From Octopus sinensis (taxonomy: Eukaryota): a DNA stretch of 64,000 nucleotides. The stretch spans positions 45,198,001 through 45,262,000 of the forward strand of contig NC_043005.1 in the NCBI RefSeq assembly GCF_006345805.1, written 5' to 3'. Below, piece after piece: positions 37,270 to 50,194 of the stretch (positions within the stretch are counted from its first letter, which is position 1; each line of letters opens with the position of its first letter). The notes below the pieces were generated by a model, which worked only from the letters and a program-made list of their open reading frames with translations, did no database searches and was not told the DNA's origin. The translations under genes were made by a program, and so were the position numbers.

Positions 37270-37660
37270 CTCCACCTAGACAGTTATCTTCTCAAATTCC
37301 ACCAAACAGGTCATCACATGGGAACTGACAGTACCCTAGGAAGACCTCGTGGGGGAGGCTCATGAGAGAAAGTTTGCCAAATACCAAGAGATGTTAATGC
37401 TGTGCAGAAGCCAGGATTGTTGAGCATGTTGTGAGGCAATTGTGTGAGCAATCCATTCTGCATGACACAGATTGGACTTGGAATTACTGAGGCAGCAAAG
37501 AGGCAGGCTATAAATGCCATCACCAAAGCTGTAGAGAAAACCGTTAGGTGGCTTTGGATAAAGAGGACAGACTGATGGCTTGCTGCCACTGGGATGCAAT
37601 ATGGGACTTCACTGACCCTGGCTGAGTGAGGGGTCTGATGCTGAAAAACTTGAAAGCCAC
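37270..37660 (+). mobile_element. HERO-like (REL endonuclease) non-LTR retrotransposon 3' end
   Basis: VIFSNSTKQVITWELTVP*EDLVGEAHERKFAKYQE...LGITEAAKRQAINAITKAVEKTVRWLWIKR. Confidence 0.8.
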
Positions 37661-37664
37661 TAAG

Positions 37665-38040
37665 GCTGTTTTCCATGCTGGCATGGGTTCGACAGTCTGA
37701 CAGGAGCTGGCAAGCCAGAAGTCTGCTCCAGGCTCCAGTTGTCTGTTTTCACATGGTTTACATAGCTGGATGCACTTCTTAGTGCCAACCACTTTGCAGA
37801 GTGTACTGGGTACTTTCTACGTGACACCAGCACCAGTGTTTTCTATGAGGCACTAGCATAAGAACTTTTTAAATAGAACCAGCACAGGAACCATTTACAT
37901 GGCACCAACATGAGTGCTTTTTACATGACACTAACATAGATGCTTTTATGTGGGTGCTTTTTGCATGGCAGCAGTATGGGTGCTTTTTACATGGCACCAG
38001 TATAGGTGCTTTTTATGTGGTACCACCCCGGGTATGGTGC
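37665..38040 (-). mobile_element. Family C retroposon with internal ~26-bp repeats
   Basis: ttttccatgctggcatgggtt.gac...gctggatgcacttctt..tgccaaccac followed by ggcaccag..tgctttt repeats. Confidence 0.75.
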
Positions 38041-38520
38041 CTACATTGCAATGTTCTTCCCCTCCTGCTTCACCCAAGATGTAGCAAATTTTGTTTTACT
38101 ATGTTTCAGAATATTATATCTTATTTATTAAAACTTTTATCTTTTATTGTGTCTGGTGAGAGTCATTCTCTTTTAGTGCCTTATTAATTTAACACTCTCA
38201 CCGATTTTCACTCATTTACTTATTTATTTTTACTAAAATTTTCATTGCAACTTGCAACTTTTTCAATAGTGTTTTATTTTTTATTTTCTATCAGTTATTA
38301 GATTGCTGCCATGATGGTGCACCACCTTCAAGAGTTTTCCCCAAACAAATTACTCCCAGTTATTGATCACACACACGCACACACACACAAGTAAACCACG
38401 TGGTGGCCTTCGTAAGAAATTCTGTGTCCAGGTATCAAATGGATCATATATCCCAAAAAAGAAGCACACTCTGAAAGTTGGAGCAGAAATTTGTAGTTAC
38501 ATGAAGTTAAATAGATATAT

Positions 38521-38661
38521 ATGTGATGGTGTGGTAAGTAGCTTGCTTACCAACTACATGGTTCTGGGTTCAGTCCTACTGCGTGGCACCTTGGACAAGT
38601 GTCTTCTACTATAGCTTCGAACTGATCAAAGCCTTGTAGATGGAAACTGAAACTAGCCTGT

Positions 38662-38704
<43 letters not shown>

Positions 38705-38908
38705 TGTGTGTGTGCGTGTCCCCCCACCATTAATTGACAACCGATGTTGACATGTTTACGTCACCATAACTTAGCAGTTCAGCAAAAGAGACTGAGAGAA
38801 TAAGTACTAGGCTTACAAAGAATAAGTTTTGGGATTGATTTGTTCGACTAAAGGCAGTGCTCCAGCATGACCACAGTCAAATAACTGAAACAATTAAAAG
38901 AACAAAAG
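38521..38908 (+). mobile_element. SINE family A
   Basis: gtgtggtaagtagcttgcttacc...gggttcagtcc...(TG)n...gctccagcatgaccacagtc. Confidence 0.9.
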
Positions 38909-39210
38909 AATAACAGAATACATACTGGATTATCATGCATTTGATTTACATGTCTACTCTTTAAGGAATGATCTTGGATTAACACAACAACAACTTGCAT
39001 AAAAGAAAACAAATCTCTTAAGTCGTAGTTTTCAGTGACATTTCTCAGAAGCTTAATGTATTTTTGCATACCTGTAGTTTGTTTTGAGTACACTTAATAT
39101 AGTTTGTATTGAGTACACTGTATTAAGTTTCTAACCATTCTTTTCCTACTTTTCAGTCAATCCCTGTTTCTAAAGCGCATTAAGATTTTGTGGTTCTAGT
39201 AGCTAATTAA

Positions 39211-39425
39211 CCCTTTAGCGTTTAAACCAGCCTTATCAAATATTCTACCTGTTTTAGGTTTAAATTGGCTGAATCCAGCCTCTCACACCTACCCAACAAT
39301 GTCATTCTAAATATAAACAGTTACATTATCAAAATCTTGAAGCTAGATGATAATGCATGATTCATTCAAAACAATATGAATAAATAAGTATTACATTTGA
39401 CAGAGTAATCTGAGAGCTAAAAGGG
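39211..39425 (+). mobile_element. piggyBac-like MITE family 2
   Basis: TTAA|ccctttagc ... gctaaaaggg; reverse complement of 51480-51697. Confidence 0.8.
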
Positions 39426-40122
39426 TTTAAACAGCTTGAACCTCTGCAACTTCATATACCTATAGGATTTATGTAGGCAAGGAGAAGATTCCAGAAGCTG
39501 AAGAAATGAAGTCAGTGTTTAATGTGAACTCTAGAAATGAATCTAAATAAAAATGGTGAACAGAATCTGTATAGTAACCGTAGCTAAGACAGAAAGAGAA
39601 ACAGTATTTTGATGTGTTTGCTACTAAAGTAATCTGTGGTGTAAGTATTTACCAACCAACCAGCCAACGAACCACCCAAGTGGCCTGTTTTGCACTGCTG
39701 TCTAGGATGGTTGTATGAGTAGCAGATGCAGATGCACTATTTTAGATGCATAATCAGTATTCTAATATGAGTCCTATTTATGTTTTGGAAAGACTATTTT
39801 CTTCTACTGAAGACTTTGAGGTGTAATTTTGGCAATGCTATAGATGATGTTGATGTCATTCCTGTTCAGCTCAAACATTTTCAGGTTCTTTTGGGCAGTC
39901 ATCATGAAAGACCATCAGAGATTCTTTGAGTGTTTTAGCTGTCTGTTATTCATGAGTAAGGAAGGTATACCATTTCAAAACTGTGAAGTGATTTCATCTT
40001 GGTGCTATCAAAAGAAACAAGGCTGCTATCTTCTGATTGCAGGATGTTCTCAAGTTTTCTCTACATAAAATCAGTAAAAGTCTTCTGTCTCAACAGTTGT
40101 TTGTTTATACTAACTAATATAA

Positions 40123-40576
40123 GTGCAGGCATGGATGTGTGGTAAGAGGCTTGATTCCCATCAACATAGTTCTTGGTTCAGTCCCACTGTGTGGTACCTA
40201 ACACAAGTGTCTTCTACTAGTCCCATTGCATAGCACCTTGAGCGAATGTCTTCTACTATAGCCTCGGGCCGACCAAAGCCTTGTGAGTGGATTTGGTAGA
40301 CGGAAACTGAAAGAAGCCTGTCATATATATGTATATATATTTATATATGTATGTGTGTGTGTATATGTTTGTATGTCTGTGTTTGTACCCTCAACATTGC
40401 TTGACAACTAATGCAGGTGTGTTTACGTCCCCGTAACTTAGCAGTTCAGCAAAATAGACCGATAGAATAAGTACTAGGTTTACAAAGAGTAAGTCCTGGG
40501 GTCAATTTGCTTGACTAAAGGCGGTGCTCCAGCATGGCCACAGTCAAATGACTGAAACAAGTAAAAGAGTAAAAGA
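40123..40576 (+). mobile_element. SINE family A with an internal 5' duplication
   Basis: gtcttctacta occurs twice in the head; full tail present. Confidence 0.9.
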
Positions 40577-40626
40577 ATGCCCCAACAATTTGGCCAGCTT
40601 GCTGCCTCATATAAAATAAGATAGCG

Positions 40627-40828
40627 ATTCCAAATTTCATCACGAGACCTGTAATTTTGGGAGATTGCCTCAACCCCAGTGTTTAACTGGTACTGATTTT
40701 TATCAACCCTGAAAGGAAGAAATGCAAAGTCAACCTCAGCAGAATTTGAACTCAGAATGTAAAGACAGACAAAATACTGCTAAACATTTTGCCTGGTGTG
40801 CTAATGATTTTGCCTGCTTGCTGGCTTA
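40627..40828 (-). mobile_element. SINE family B
   Basis: caaagtcaacctcagcagaatttgaactcagaatgt...ctgctaaacattttgcctgg. Confidence 0.8.
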
Positions 40829-41044
40829 TATAAAATGGAACATTAAATACTAATATACTGGATTATAGTAGACTCTTGTACATTTGCACCATTATAAGAT
40901 TCTTTTAAGGCAAGTTTAGATTTATAAAGAGAGATGCCTATTATACATGGTGGAGTAATATACATAGACTTTTATGCTATATATAGTTATGTATATGTCT
41001 ATATATATTTGTGTATATGTGTCTGATGAAGTTACCTTCTCAAG

Positions 41045-41252
41045 CCTGACTCATAAGGGACGGTTTCCCAGTTTCCATGGCATACATATTCCCCACCTAG
41101 ACAGGATTACTCATTTTTGCCAGCTGTGTGAACTGAAGCAATGGGAAATGAAGTATTTTGCTCAAGAACTCAATGCATTGCTTGGTCCAGGAACTGAAAC
41201 CACAATCTTACAATCATGTTTCCAACACCCAAATGACTTAGTCACACTCCTT
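41045..41252 (-). mobile_element. tRNA-derived SINE, related to family D
   Basis: actcatttttgccagctg.gtgaactg.agcaa...tgaagt.ttttgctcaagaac, with the head at the right end. Confidence 0.6.
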
Positions 41253-41672
41253 CACATATATATGTCTACGTTTCTTATTTCTTTATTGCCCACAAGGGGC
41301 TAAACATAGAGGGGACAAACAAGGACAGACAAAGTATTATGGGGGAATGTATTTGAAAGACAATTCAGTGGTTTAACAGAAAGAGAAGTATGGTGGAACG
41401 TAACATGTGACTGAAAGGTACAAACACGACATTGAGTATTTAACTTTATTTTCAAAGCTTTTCATACTATTTTGTTACTGTATCTTCCAGTATAGTGGGA
41501 ATTCAAAACCAAATCCCTGGATTTGTGGTCATACATCTACTATAGTTTCACATGATTAGTCTGTTAACTGACCAATCAGTGTGAAGTGATAGAGTAGACA
41601 GGTTTTCTTGAACATTCTAGAATTTGACCTCCAGTCCCCTTTAAAAACTGTTTGGTGAACATTTTTACCAGC

Positions 41673-42600
41673 CAGACAACTCAGGAAGGTGGCTAAGACA
41701 AATGGTGCAGATAGATGACAAAAACCTTCATCGCCACAAATATAGCACACATGTTTCCAGTTGTGATGGGCAAGCCACAGGTTGTCGTATCAATAACTTG
41801 ACCCTAACTCCAAACAGTCTGTCTCTTCCAGTATGTAATATTTGCTGCTGTTATCTGTAAAATACCAATGCAATTGACATCATGTGCAATAAACATTTTC
41901 AAAGTTGTTCATACAGCTCAAGAAGCATATTTTCATTCATCAACTGAACCAGCTACCACAGTAGCTAACAGCAAAAGCCAACCCACAAGTCAATGTAATA
42001 TATAGTGTATACATGTAGAGTAAACATTAAAATCTGCTGCATTTCACATAGAACTTTTGGTCCTCCAAAGTCATCTTGGTGTATATTGTATTCTGACACA
42101 CTGCTCTGAATGACATCATCAGAAAGGGCTTCAACACAGCTGGTTCCCAGTTACAACTGGAGCTGGTAGGTCTTGACTGTAGGGGTGGTAAGGGTCTCAA
42201 TGAAGTAACCCTTTTTCTATACAAGGGAGGTAAATCCCTAAACTGAGATGCGATGTGCTGTAACACATTCTCCACCTCCAGCCTTGCCACATTGGCTGCA
42301 AACCCTGACATCATCACTTGCAATGCAGAAAAGAGGAAGATAACCAAATACTGGAACTTGACCATCTGCTTTTTGTTCATTCTGGTCACCATTGAGACCT
42401 CAGGTGTTCAGAGGAGCCCATATACTGCTGATTTTCTCCATAAATTCAGACTAATACTGGTCTGTCTGAGAAATGATTTCCCCAACGTAAGGTGTCCATT
42501 GCAGTGAGTGTCCCAAGCCATTTTCAGTGGCAATGCCTTTGATTGTATATCCACAGTGCATGGCTGAATACACTGTTCAGAGACTGGGGTGTACAGCCTG
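41673..42600 (-). mobile_element. Decayed RTE-like LINE segment
   Basis: VKFQYL...ARL...KPFLMMSFRAVCQ resembles RTE (F.YLG...RI.KA...LE.FH.RCLR.I); 41673-41965 has an inverted homolog at 45311-45738. Confidence 0.45.
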
Positions 42601-42792
42601 TTATTCCCTCCCATTTTCTTTTGTTGCTAAATTTCCTGTTACTTCTTCTTTGTTTCCTTGTTGAAGGAATTTTGGGGGTTGTTGTTTTGGTGGTCAATTT
42701 CTGATTTCATTTATATTTTCCTAAAGTGAAAGATCACCATAATTTTTCAATAATTTAATCTTTTATACTTTTATTTTTTCCTTTTAAATACC

Positions 42793-43024
42793 TATTTCTT
42801 TATTACCCACAAGGGGCTAAACATAGAGGGGACAAACATGGACAGACATAGGTATTAAGTCGATTATATCGACCCCAGTGCTTAACTGGTACTTAATTTA
42901 TCAACCCCGAAAGTATGAAAGGCAAAGTCGACCTCGGCGGAATTTGAACTCACAATGTAACGGCAGCCGAAATACCGCTAAGCATTCGCCCGACGTGCTA
43001 ACGATTCTGCTAGCTCGCCGCCTT
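42793..43024 (-). mobile_element. SINE family B, young full-length copy
   Basis: CpG-rich; reverse complement of 44073-44304; flank ttccttttaaatacc repeated on both sides. Confidence 0.92.
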
Positions 43025-43108
43025 AAATTCCTTAAATATTCCTTTTAAATACCTTAAATATTCCTTTTAAATACGCCTTAAATATTCATTTTAAATACCA
43101 CTTTAATA

Positions 43109-43325
43109 TTGATTTCAAATTTTGGCACAAGGTCTGCAATTTCAGAGGAAAGAGCAAGTCGACTACATCAACCCTTGTGCTCAACTATGACATATTTTAT
43201 CAACTCTCAAAGGATGAAAAGCAAAGTCAACCTCAGCAGAATTTGGACTCAGAACATAAAGCTGGCAAAAATGCTCCTAAACATATTTTCAGGCATACTA
43301 AATGATTCTGACAGCTCACTGCCTT
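43109..43325 (-). mobile_element. SINE family B, older copy
   Basis: aattttggcacaagg...gcaaagtcaacctcagcagaatttgg...gattctgacagctcactgcctt. Confidence 0.85.
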
Positions 43326-43492
43326 AAACATTACTTTGATAATGACAAGGTAATTTTACTAAATTCATCCTTATTTTTAGACTTAATTGAAATGAAGACA
43401 ATATATTTGAAAAGAAAGATCATAACAAAATGATAGACTCGTGAATGAAAATAAAAAAGGGTAGACTAGCAGAATGAAAATATAAAGTTCCT

Positions 43493-43668
43493 ATAGCCTA
43501 TGTGGTAAAAAGCTTGCTTCCCAACCACATGGCCCTGGGTTCAGTCTCACTGCATGGCACCTTAGGCAAGTATCTTCTATTATAGCCTCAGGCCAACCAA
43601 AACTTTGTGAGTGAATTTGATTGATGAAAACTGAAAGAGTCCATTGTATGTGTGTGTGTGTGTGTGTG
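43493..43668 (+). mobile_element. SINE family A, 5' half
   Basis: tgtggtaaaaagcttgcttcccaaccacatgg...gggttcagtc. Confidence 0.85.
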
Positions 43669-43681
43669 CATAAATTCTCTC

Positions 43682-44054
43682 TTTCTCTTTTACTTGTTTC
43701 AGTCATTTGACTGCAGCCATGCTGGAGCACCGCCTTTAATCGAGCAACTCGACCCCGGTACTTATTCTATCGGCCTCTTTTGCCAAACTGCTAAGTAACG
43801 GGGACATAAACACACCAGCATCAGTTGTCAAGCAATGCTAGGGGGACAAACACAGACACACAAGCATACATACGCATATATATATATACATATATATGAC
43901 GGGCTTCTTTCAGTTTCCGTCTACCAAATCCACTCACAAGGCTTTGGTTGACCTGAGGCTATACTAGAAGACACTTGCCCAAGGTGCCACGCAAGGTGCC
44001 CGGAACCTTGTGGTTGGTAAACAAGCTACTTACCACACAGCCACTCCTGCACCT
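43682..44054 (-). mobile_element. SINE family A, full length
   Basis: Reverse-complement copy, tail-to-tail with 43493-43668. Confidence 0.9.
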
Positions 44055-44072
44055 ATATATAAATATATATAC

Positions 44073-44304
44073 AAGGCGGCGAGCTGGCAGAATCGTTAGC
44101 GCGCCGGGCGAAATGCTTAGTGGTATTTCATTTGTCGTTACGTTCTGAGTTCAAATTCCGCCGAGGTCGACTTTGCCTTTCATCCTCTCGGGGTCGATAA
44201 ATAAAGTACCAGTTTCACACTGGGTCGATGTAAACGACTTAATCCATTTGTCTGTCCTTGTTTGTCCCCTCTATGTTTAGCCCCTTGTGGGTAGTAAAGA
44301 AATA
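44073..44304 (+). mobile_element. SINE family B, young full-length copy
   Basis: aaggcggcgagctggcagaatcgttagc...gagttcaaattccgccgaggtcg...gtagtaaagaaata. Confidence 0.92.
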
Positions 44305-44317
44305 TATATATAAATAA

Positions 44318-44550
44318 AAAGCACCATCCGTCTGTGGCCGTTTGCCAGCTCTGTCTGGCACCTGTGCGGGTGGCACGTAAAAAGCACCCACTACACTCAC
44401 GGAGTGGTTGGCATTAGGAAGGGCATCCAGCCGTAGAAACACTGCCAGATCAGACTGGGCCTGGTGCAGCCTTCTGGCTTCACAGACCCCAGTTGAACCG
44501 TCTAACCCATGCTAGCATGGAAAGCGGACGCTAAATGATGATGATGATGA
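44318..44550 (+). mobile_element. Family C retroposon with (ATG)n tail
   Basis: ggcacgtaaaaagcacccactacac...aggaagggcatccagcc...ggaaagcggacgctaaatgatgatg. Confidence 0.9.
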
Positions 44551-45310
44551 TATATATTGATGTGTATGTCTCCGTATTTGTTCCCCACCACCACTTGACA
44601 ATCAGTGTTCGTGTGTTTACATCCATGTAACTTAGCAGTTTGGCAAAAGAAACTAATAGAATAAGTATCAGGCTTTAAAAATTAAGTACTGGGTCAATTC
44701 ATTCAACTAAAATTCTTCAAGGTGGTGCTCCAGCAAAGTCATAGTTTAATGAGTGAAACAAGTAAAAGATAAAAGATATTTGGATGTTAATTGACCGTCC
44801 AACCCATGCTATAAACTTTAAATAGTTATCATACCAGAAAAAAACAGCAGACTGTTTATTATCACTGAAGTTGCAAGTTACTCTTCTAACATAGGTTAGT
44901 TCTCTCTTTACATCATAAGTTTATTCATCTTATGCTGATCAAAACTACTCAACATATCTCCAGTCTCTTTAGTCAATGATATTGTTTGATAGCTTATTGT
45001 TTTACATTTGAATTTATCACAAAATATTCAAAGAGAAACATCCTAGACGTATGAGAAAAGATCAAGTTTATATGCCAAAGATGCAATGCAACTTTAATGA
45101 GCAAGTTCTTAAAATTTGTCACAGTCTTGTGGCTTTTTGACACAACAATGATACAAGATAGACTTAACCTCAAGAATTGATAAAGTTTTGATAGAATTTG
45201 TATTATACATTTGGATGAACTAATGGCAGTGTTAGATTACATTGTCAGGTGTTGTTGTGGGCAGGCTGTGTCATTGGATGTCACGACTATATTATAGTGT
45301 TTCATTGATG

Positions 45311-45738
45311 CTGCTGTGGTACTTGGTTGAGTTAATGAATGAAAATATATTTCTTGAGCTACGGGAAGACATAACTGAACAAGAGTTGCGAACATTTAAC
45401 AGAAGTATTTATTATTGCACACGAAGACAACTGCATTGGTCTTATACAAATAACATCATCATCATCATCGTTTAACGTCCTTTCTCCATGCTAGCATGGG
45501 TTGGACGGTTCAACTGGGGTCTAGGAAGCCACAGCAATAATTACAGACTGGGAGAGAGAAATACACTGGTTACAGACTGGCAGAGAGAGATACTGCAGTA
45601 AGATTACCGAAAGTTATTAGTACTGCAACATGCAGTTTTACCCAACATATCTGAAAGCATCTGTGCTATCTTTGTGGCAATAGAGGTTCCAGGTCATTTA
45701 TCTCCACCATCTGTCTTAACTGTTTTCCTGGGTTGTCT
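45311..45738 (+). mobile_element. Diverged copy of the 41673-41965 repeat, split by a family C fragment at ~45455-45530
   Basis: ct.ctgtggta..tggtt.agtt.atgaatgaaaatat..ttcttgagct and tgtgctat.tttgtggc.at.....t...gtcat.tatct.caccat.tgtctta are shared. Confidence 0.75.
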
Positions 45739-47399
45739 ACACTAAAGTCTGGAACCGATTAATGGCAAGAATGGTGGTATATTTCACACAGCTGCCTCAA
45801 CATTTTGCAAAGAGTACAGGCACTAAAAGTGGCATTTTATAGGGCACAAGAAGGTTCTGGAAGATTGAGTCACGCTACAGCTTCACACTGATTAGGTTGC
45901 TTAATAGACTGATCACGTGAAATTAATGTGGTTTAATTGTGGTATCTGACCAGTTACCTAGCAGTTTGGTTTCAAATCACTTCTACAACATCAATAAACC
46001 ACTCATTAAATCATCAAGGTATATCAATGCTGAGATAATAGTGAAGATATTGCATATACTTCCCAATTGATTTCAGGAACAATTAATTTTAGAATTTTAA
46101 TTTTTGGAACAAACAGGGTTCCATCTAATGATCTTTTATATTTCTCTCATAAAACCTAATTTAACCATTAATTGTTGAAAGAGATTTTCTATGAAATTGT
46201 AATGATTCCGATGTATCAAACTTGAATTAACATCATAAAGGAATATATTTGATATCCATAGCTAATTTGATTTGAAAAACATACAACAATGTGGATGTCA
46301 GTGAAATATACATAAATTGATATACATACATATAAACATATATATACAGACACACACAGATACACACGTGTGTATAACAATTAAATATATGATTTAATAT
46401 ATATAATTGACACACAAGCACACGTGTGTTTCTGTAGGTTTATGAATAAGACTCGTGTATTTTTGTTATTTTGTTTTTTTTTGCAAACCAAAATAATATT
46501 TATTAAAGTAAAAATGCAAAATTTAAGGAAACTAAACAAATGAGTGTATTCTTTGGAAAATAAAGAAACGAGTTTATATTATTAAAATGCATATGTAAAA
46601 TCACATCCTGGCAATGCGTGTGTGTTATCACATCTTACAATGCATATATGATATAACATGATTATAATGCAAATATGATGTAAGAAGATATGTGTGTATG
46701 TATGTGTGGGGCGGTGAACAATAGTCGTCTAGTCACTAACTATATTCCTGTATTCACTTTAAATGCTAATACATTCGATAATTTAAATTAGCCGTCGGTT
46801 GTCAAGGAAAAAAATTAGAGACAGCACTCATGTTATAATAAAATAAAAAGGAAAAAAAATATTTTGCAGTTATATAAATTTTAGTTTTTAAAAAATTAGT
46901 CTAAGGCTGCAATAATTTTTAATTGCTGCGAGGAAATGCTTAAATAACTATGGCAGTTGTTGACAACATTTCTCTCCCTTACTTCACTTTCCTATCATTT
47001 GTATTGCAATGTAGGCAACAACGTAGCTTTTTTTTATTTTTTTATTTTCGTTTCGTTTTGTTCTCTATCATATTACCACCCGACAACCACCTGTTGAAAC
47101 AGCTTCGGTATTATTCCCCCATCATACGTTGTCTTATTAGGAAAATATTTCTTCAAGTAAACTACTAGAGTGATACGATTTAATAATTTTATTCCAAGTT
47201 TTAAGCTGTATATTTTACTAAAAGACAGAGCAAAAAAAAATAATAAATAAACAATATATAAACAAGCAAATATTGAAGGTTTAGATATTTACAAAATCGT
47301 CTGATACTTTAAATACAAAATCGAAACTGATAGCATAACACATTAAAGCAAAGACCATATTTACATATAAATGAAACAGCGATGGGAGATATGGAAATG

Positions 47400-47678
47400 A
47401 GAGGAAGGAAGGGAGGGCACAAGTCGTTTCCTGCTACGGTGGCGGCGCAACCACCGTCGCACAACTGGAGATCCCTAAGTTTTTGCGTCAATTTGAATTG
47501 CGTCCCTTGATGCACTCTCCACCGTCACGTAGACCCTTGAGTAGGATGATGGCGAAGCGAGAGGTCTGCTAGAGGAAGAAGGGGAGGACTGGTATACCAG
47601 CTGATCGCCGGCTCGTTCGGTTAGTGTCCACCGTGTCCACTTCACCAACAAAGACAAAAACACCCGAGGACACGATCT
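47400..47678 (+). other. Putative first (5'UTR) exon; start position uncertain
   Basis: GC-rich segment ending in ct|GTAAGT at 47679; only short ORFs (MHSPPSRRPLSRMMAKREVC*). Confidence 0.4.
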
Positions 47679-47899
47679 GTAAGTAGTGACTACTACTACC
47701 TTTTGAGACCTGTTTACTCATCACTGAGTTGGCTACTCTAAACCCAATCTACCCGTATCGTGCAGTAAGCAAAAGCTGGGCCCCTGTCTAACTTACACCA
47801 AATGACCTTACTGTTTAGATTTCTGACCTACTTCGTTAATCTATCGATATTGACAAAATGATTGACTATCGTTTATTTGTCTGTTGTTTATCCTCCTAG

Positions 47900-48014
47900 T
47901 GCTACACAAACTGACCCTTTCGAAAAGAAGATTCTAAGCTCTTTTACAAGAGTAAAAAAAAAAAAATACAGCGAATCTTATCTTTCTCTCTCTCTATTTA
48001 TCTGTGTAGGTAAG
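47900..48014 (+). other. Putative second non-coding exon with tandem donors
   Basis: Acceptor tttgtctgttgtttatcctcctAG|47900; donors AG|GTAAGG (48010) and AG|GTGAGT (48015). Confidence 0.35.
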
Positions 48015-49424
48015 GTGAGTTTCTCTTTCTCTCCTCGAGCTGACATCCGTCTGATAAGCCTCTTTACCGATTGCTGACGCTAATATTTTGAACTAACTAT
48101 CTCCAGACCTTCATACAAATTTCCTTTCCCATAATTTCCCTATATCAACGACATCATCGTCGATTACATTTAACTTTCTATTACGTCGATCGTTCGCTAC
48201 GTCACTTCGCATTTATTTTCCTTCTCTCCCTTCCGTCTTTGCTTTGCTATGTCGTATATTATCTGTTTATATTGGCGTGTGTGTGTGTCTATATATATAT
48301 ATATTTATTTATATATATATATATATTTATATATATATGTAGCTCCTTTTCATTGCACCACCACCACCACCGAATTGCATAACATCGACATCATGCTACA
48401 TATTATTATTGACTATCAAAATGTAGAATATGTTGATTTACGACCCACAAGTATTGACATGCCTTGGTTTATTTCGTTACATTATAACTGCTTGAAACGT
48501 GGATTTTATTATTGGCTGAGTGTGTTGATTTTGCTTTACAATAATTATTATTATTACAATGAAAATTGCTTGAAATGCTGAGTTCTGTATAAATGGCCCT
48601 GGTTTGTAATCTTTTCTAGTTGGTCTGTCTGCAGACAGCGCCAGTCAGCTTCTCGGCAATGGTCATGTGTCTATCAGTTTGTCTATGACATAACCCTTTC
48701 CTCATATAACCACGTCCACTTACAATATATTCCTTTGCGCTCTCCCTCTCTCTATATATATATTTATATACACATATATATATATATATTCGTTAAATAA
48801 AATATCTTTTCGCTTCGTAGTGAGCTTTCCTTAATATATATATATATCTTCGCAGCATATACTTCGTTTATTTATATGTTAAGATGGAAATATTTATTTT
48901 ATCGAGGTTTTTGAGACAACAGGAACTGGCTATTGGTATTACGTGTTCGCCCAGTCGTCAGTGTTTGATCTGATAGCCAGAAAATAATACTAGTATAGTT
49001 GTTTTTGTTGTTTTTTTTGAAAGAGGCTTTTTTGTGCCAATTTCAACAAGCCAAATGTTTGTGAGACAAATAGCCATACAGACATTCGATTTTTAACGGC
49101 TTAGATATATTAAAATATTTCGCTTTTATTAAATAATCCTCTGCTTAATTACTATTGTTGAAAATTATACACAAAAGTCTATTACTACAACCGTGTTACT
49201 TCCTGTATTGTGTTGAAATTCTGACTCAACTCAATCGATACACTCACATATATATATGTATATATATGTGTCTGTGTGTATATATAAACATATGTGCATG
49301 CTGCTATTTTAAAGAAACAGAAACGTGCAGATATAGAGTATGTACAAGAGAAAAATTATGAAGATATAGATATTTTATTTGGTTGTCTACAATAACTTGA
49401 TACGAAAGTATACATACACATACG

Positions 49425-49499
<75 letters not shown>

Positions 49500-50194
49500 A
49501 TATATACATGTATACACATACATCTTTTGGATACAGAGTTCTACATAGAAATTAATAATATATTTAGTAAGTTGGTCTTTTTAGAGTTTTTAAATATTTT
49601 GCTTATGTTTTTAACTTACAATCAACACTTGGTTGTTATATCTCGATATGGATTACTTCGTTTGCATTGTCATTTTTAAAACATAATAATTCTTGCTGTT
49701 GTTACTGTGTTTACCAAATACATAGATAACACTACAAGGATTTTATTAACGCTTTAAACATAGTTTGTCATGAATTGCAAGTTTCTTCCTCGTAAACTGT
49801 TTCTTCCTTTTTGAAATCGTACTTCCCTTTTCTAACACCTGTTCATTAAATCCTCTCGTGTAACATATGGGTAAAGTTTGGAAGTGAAAATGCAGCAGTT
49901 AAATAAATCTTGCTAGAATTTAGACAAATGTTAACTCCTCATAATTGATTAACATACTTCATTTCATGATAGTCGTCTGATTTGTTGTATTTTTATTCAT
50001 CGAAGAAATTCTTTGTAGAATAAAATCGGGAATTTAATGAAGATTACACGAGATTGTATCGTTGTCTGCTATGTGGGTTATATTTTTGTGTGTGAAATAA
50101 AAAAAGCCAAGAAAATTATTCGAAAGAAAGACCTTGTGTGTATGTAAATGGTGGAGAATCTATTTTTAATTTCATTTCGACATTGAATATTTAT

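Noticed and set aside
42027-42392. 121-aa minus-strand ORF as a host exon
   Set aside because: Better explained as a decayed RTE RT region contiguous with a repeat that has a second copy at 45.3-45.7 kb.
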